Shown here: positions 22,078-24,724 of the stretch, piece by piece
Position numbering within the stretch: position 1 is the first letter of the stretch
Layout: every line of letters starts with the position of its first letter
Source: Macrostomum lignano
Taxonomy: Eukaryota
Reading direction: 5' to 3'
NCBI GenBank assembly: GCA_002269645.1
Contig: NIVC01005150.1
Coordinates: 1-24,724 of the forward strand
DNA length: 24,724 bases
Position numbers and translations under genes: made by a program
Notes under the pieces: generated by a model
Database searches by the model: none
Told to the model about the DNA's origin: nothing
Seen by the model: the letters and a program-made list of their open reading frames with translations, nothing else

Positions 22078-22889
22078 GTAGCAGCTTTGGGGGCGGTGTA
22101 AGGCAATGTAGTACGGCAAGTATCAAAGCCATGGACAAATTGGTTACACTCGTTAAAATTAGCAGGTCGGGTCTCAGAAGATAGTCTGGGGGGAGATTCG
22201 GTCTTTACAGCCGAGACAGCGCTGGCCTCTGGGACGTTCTCACTGCCGATCTCGTCGCCAGCCCCAAGTAGCGATACTGTGATTGAATGGCACAGGGATT
22301 TTAAGGTCGGCAATTGGATTATCTGATCCTTAGAATTGGACTATCCTGCCGACATCAACCTTTGCAAACTGATTCACCAAAGTAGTCTTAAACTTACCTG
22401 TCTTCATGTGCGTCCTAGCTCTTAATATTGAATTTAAACTGAAGAGAAGGAAATCGGCAGACACAAGATCACTGCCGCTAAATTCACTGTTAGTTGTTAA
22501 ATGAATTTGTCTCTTGTATACATATTGATCTTCATTTATTAGACAAGATTTGCCACTGAACTGATTAATTGTTGATTGAAATCTCGACGCTTGCAAGAAA
22601 CAGACGGACGCTGCTACTTCCCTTAAGTATGCGAGATAAATACATGTAAGTTTTTACCAAAAGAAGCAAAAGAAGTACACCATGCCCTCAGATTGCATGT
22701 CGCAAGTTAACGACGCGAATAGAGCGGAGTAAAAAGACGCTGTAATCCTACTAGTAGTAATAAGTTCTGCTTCTGTACTTGGCCGTGGATTGAATAATTC
22801 TGTCGCTTGGTTGGTGTAAAAACACACATTTCGTACGTCTGCAGGGCGTCGTGGGCAGGGACTATTTAAACTAGTTCAAGTAGTCCCTG

Positions 22890-23110
22890 CCGTGAGGATG
22901 GTCCTGCAGTCCGAGCGCCTATCTGACCGCCAGAGAGCGGCGTTTTTTTCAGGCGGTGGTCAGGACAGTCCTGCTTTATTCAAAGTCGAGACATGGACGT
23001 TGACCGGCTTGCTCGAACAGCAAGTTGATGAGGCGCCCGCTGGTCTGCTGCAGGCACACTACCGGCTGGAAAATGCACCCCTGAAGAAGTTCAACTCCGA
23101 ACTCCGTTCC
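22890..23110 (+). mobile_element. RTE-clade LINE reverse-transcriptase C-terminal remnant
   Basis: Frameshifted reading RLSDRQRAAF-FQAVVRTVLLY-VETWTLTGLLEQQVDEA matches the RTE pattern F.A.V.SVLLYG.ETWTLT...E..LD. Confidence 0.6.
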
Positions 23111-23373
23111 ATACAGCTTATTCAGAGCGAGATTACAGAAAAGAGAGCGCTATGCTCTAGCTGTCAATATAGATTTGTGAGTATAAGGGTGTATTCTGCA
23201 ACTAGCTGCTCTATCAATGACTGACCGGCTCAGATTCTCTGGGCCTTTCTCTTCTGTAGGCAGGAAACAAAATACGCCTAAATCAATCTTATCGCGCACT
23301 TTATCTCCCAATTTTTTGGAGGCCAAATAACTGGATTGGACGCAAGGATTCAGTTAGCTGTATAGAACGGAGT

Positions 23374-23460
23374 TTGGACTCGAACCTCTCCAGGGCGCGC
23401 GAGATGCCGCTTGGTGTTGTGTTGGATAAGAAAATAATGAGCTTTAAACCTCTAATGGTA
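23374..23460 (+). mobile_element. Possible degenerate LINE (CR1/L2/I-type) RT fragment
   Basis: LGVVLDKKIMSFKP resembles the LGV.LD.KLSF..H motif after RT domain 7. The match is short. Confidence 0.3.
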
Positions 23461-24207
23461 ATGTTGCTGAGTATCCCTTGTCCGAGACTGCTACCTAAAG
23501 GGGAGTTTTCCGTTTGTTACTATTCAGGACGACGAACGCAAGATGGTTTCTGCCGTCCTAGTTGAACTGAGTCTGAACCGGTGCGTGAGGTCGCGTCGCA
23601 AATCTCCGGCTCAGCCCGTCCCTAATCCCAATACGAGTACCATCACAGTCACAGACATATCGTAAAGAACGTGGCGCTCCTCCCACTTCTTGATGGGAGC
23701 CCTCCACTCGTCGGGAGCGCGCAACTTTATATTTAGGCTGAATGGTTAAACCCTAGGGTAATCGCTCACCCCGGGCCAGCCAGCCAAAACATTCAGAAAA
23801 TAAACAGGCTTAGAGCGCGTGGGAGGCTGGGGCTTGAGAAAGTGGTGGCAGCCAATCGGGTGGCGTGGGAGGGACAGAAAGGGACGAGATAATAAACGCG
23901 ACGGGGGTGGTGGGGGGCAGCCAGCTCAGCTCAGAGGCATAGCAGGCAGTTGGGGCGGGTGAGAGAAATTAGAGAGAGGGAGGGAGTTGGTGCAATATCA
24001 GGCGCACCCGACTGCCAGCCAAGGACGGCTTGCGGTGCAAGGTCACTGCGACACAACACATGTCATAATCCACCTCCGGTGCAGTCAGTCTGTCCGAGCA
24101 GTTGGTTTTTCAAGCATCTTGGGTTGGTCATCGCGGTCCGGAATGGGACAAGATCGCCAATGGGCCAAGACCAGGACAGCTCTCGCACTCGGCGTTTCGG
24201 GGTCGCC

Positions 24208-24277
24208 ATCACAAACTGAAATATCAAAAACCCGAAACATCACAACCCGAAACATCACAAACCCGAAATATCACAAC
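24208..24277. repeat. 15-16-bp tandem repeat (ATCACAAACCCGAAA(C/T)), about 4.5 units; possibly the terminus of a MULE-like DNA transposon
   Basis: Units read directly and are preceded by GGGGTCGCC. The transposon assignment rests on resemblance only, since no partner end lies in the window. Confidence 0.55.
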
Positions 24278-24724
24278 ACATCTAAACACAAAATATCCAA
24301 GGACCACTAGGAACACTTCGTTATAGTGTTCTAGTCTAGTCAGTCTTGTAAATATCATAACTCCGAAAACCAAAATGAGCGTTGGTCGTTGCTAGAGTTT
24401 TGCTGTTAAGAATGTCCACCCCTTGGTGTAACCCGCAAAATTGATGGTGGTTGTGAATGACCCTATATATGGTAAAACTACAGCAAAGTTATTAATGATG
24501 TTTTTTCTCCGTCTCCGCTTGCGACTCGATGGCTCCAAAAGCAAAATTTATAGCTACACTTAATCAATGGACTTAGTGATGAATTATATAACTCAGTTCA
24601 TATCAAATGTCTTCATGATTCAGGCATGATGTAGCTCGCTTGACGAAAACTATTAGTAAATGATTCATATGGATTCACTCTGAGGTATTGTGCATCACTC
24701 GACCACCTCAGACGGGCTTGCATC

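Overview
Eukaryotic (invertebrate-like; possibly a flatworm such as Macrostomum, which is an inference from style only) genomic window. It holds a tandem cluster of four intronless SLC22/organic-ion-transporter-like MFS genes, all on the + strand: 289-1820, 9256-10788, 11813-13320 and 18751-20279. Only copy 2 is an uninterrupted ORF. The other three each lack exactly one C and are otherwise stop-free, and the copies are mosaics of each other. The spacers are filled with mobile and repetitive DNA. The main elements are: (i) a ~2.1 kb Crypton-like tyrosine-recombinase element (4463-6553) with perfect 33-bp inverted ends, iterated 14-bp subterminal motifs and a spliced last exon; (ii) a tRNA-derived CORE-like SINE abutting it; (iii) a ~2 kb 18-19-bp minisatellite with zoned variants; (iv) the 5' part of a Helitron; (v) a very young 1.5 kb non-autonomous LTR element (TRIM-like) with near-identical LTRs, tRNA-Glu-like PBS and GTAG target-site duplication; and (vi) LINE and possible MULE remnants. 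Most other ORFs in the track are antisense or off-frame shadows of these features.
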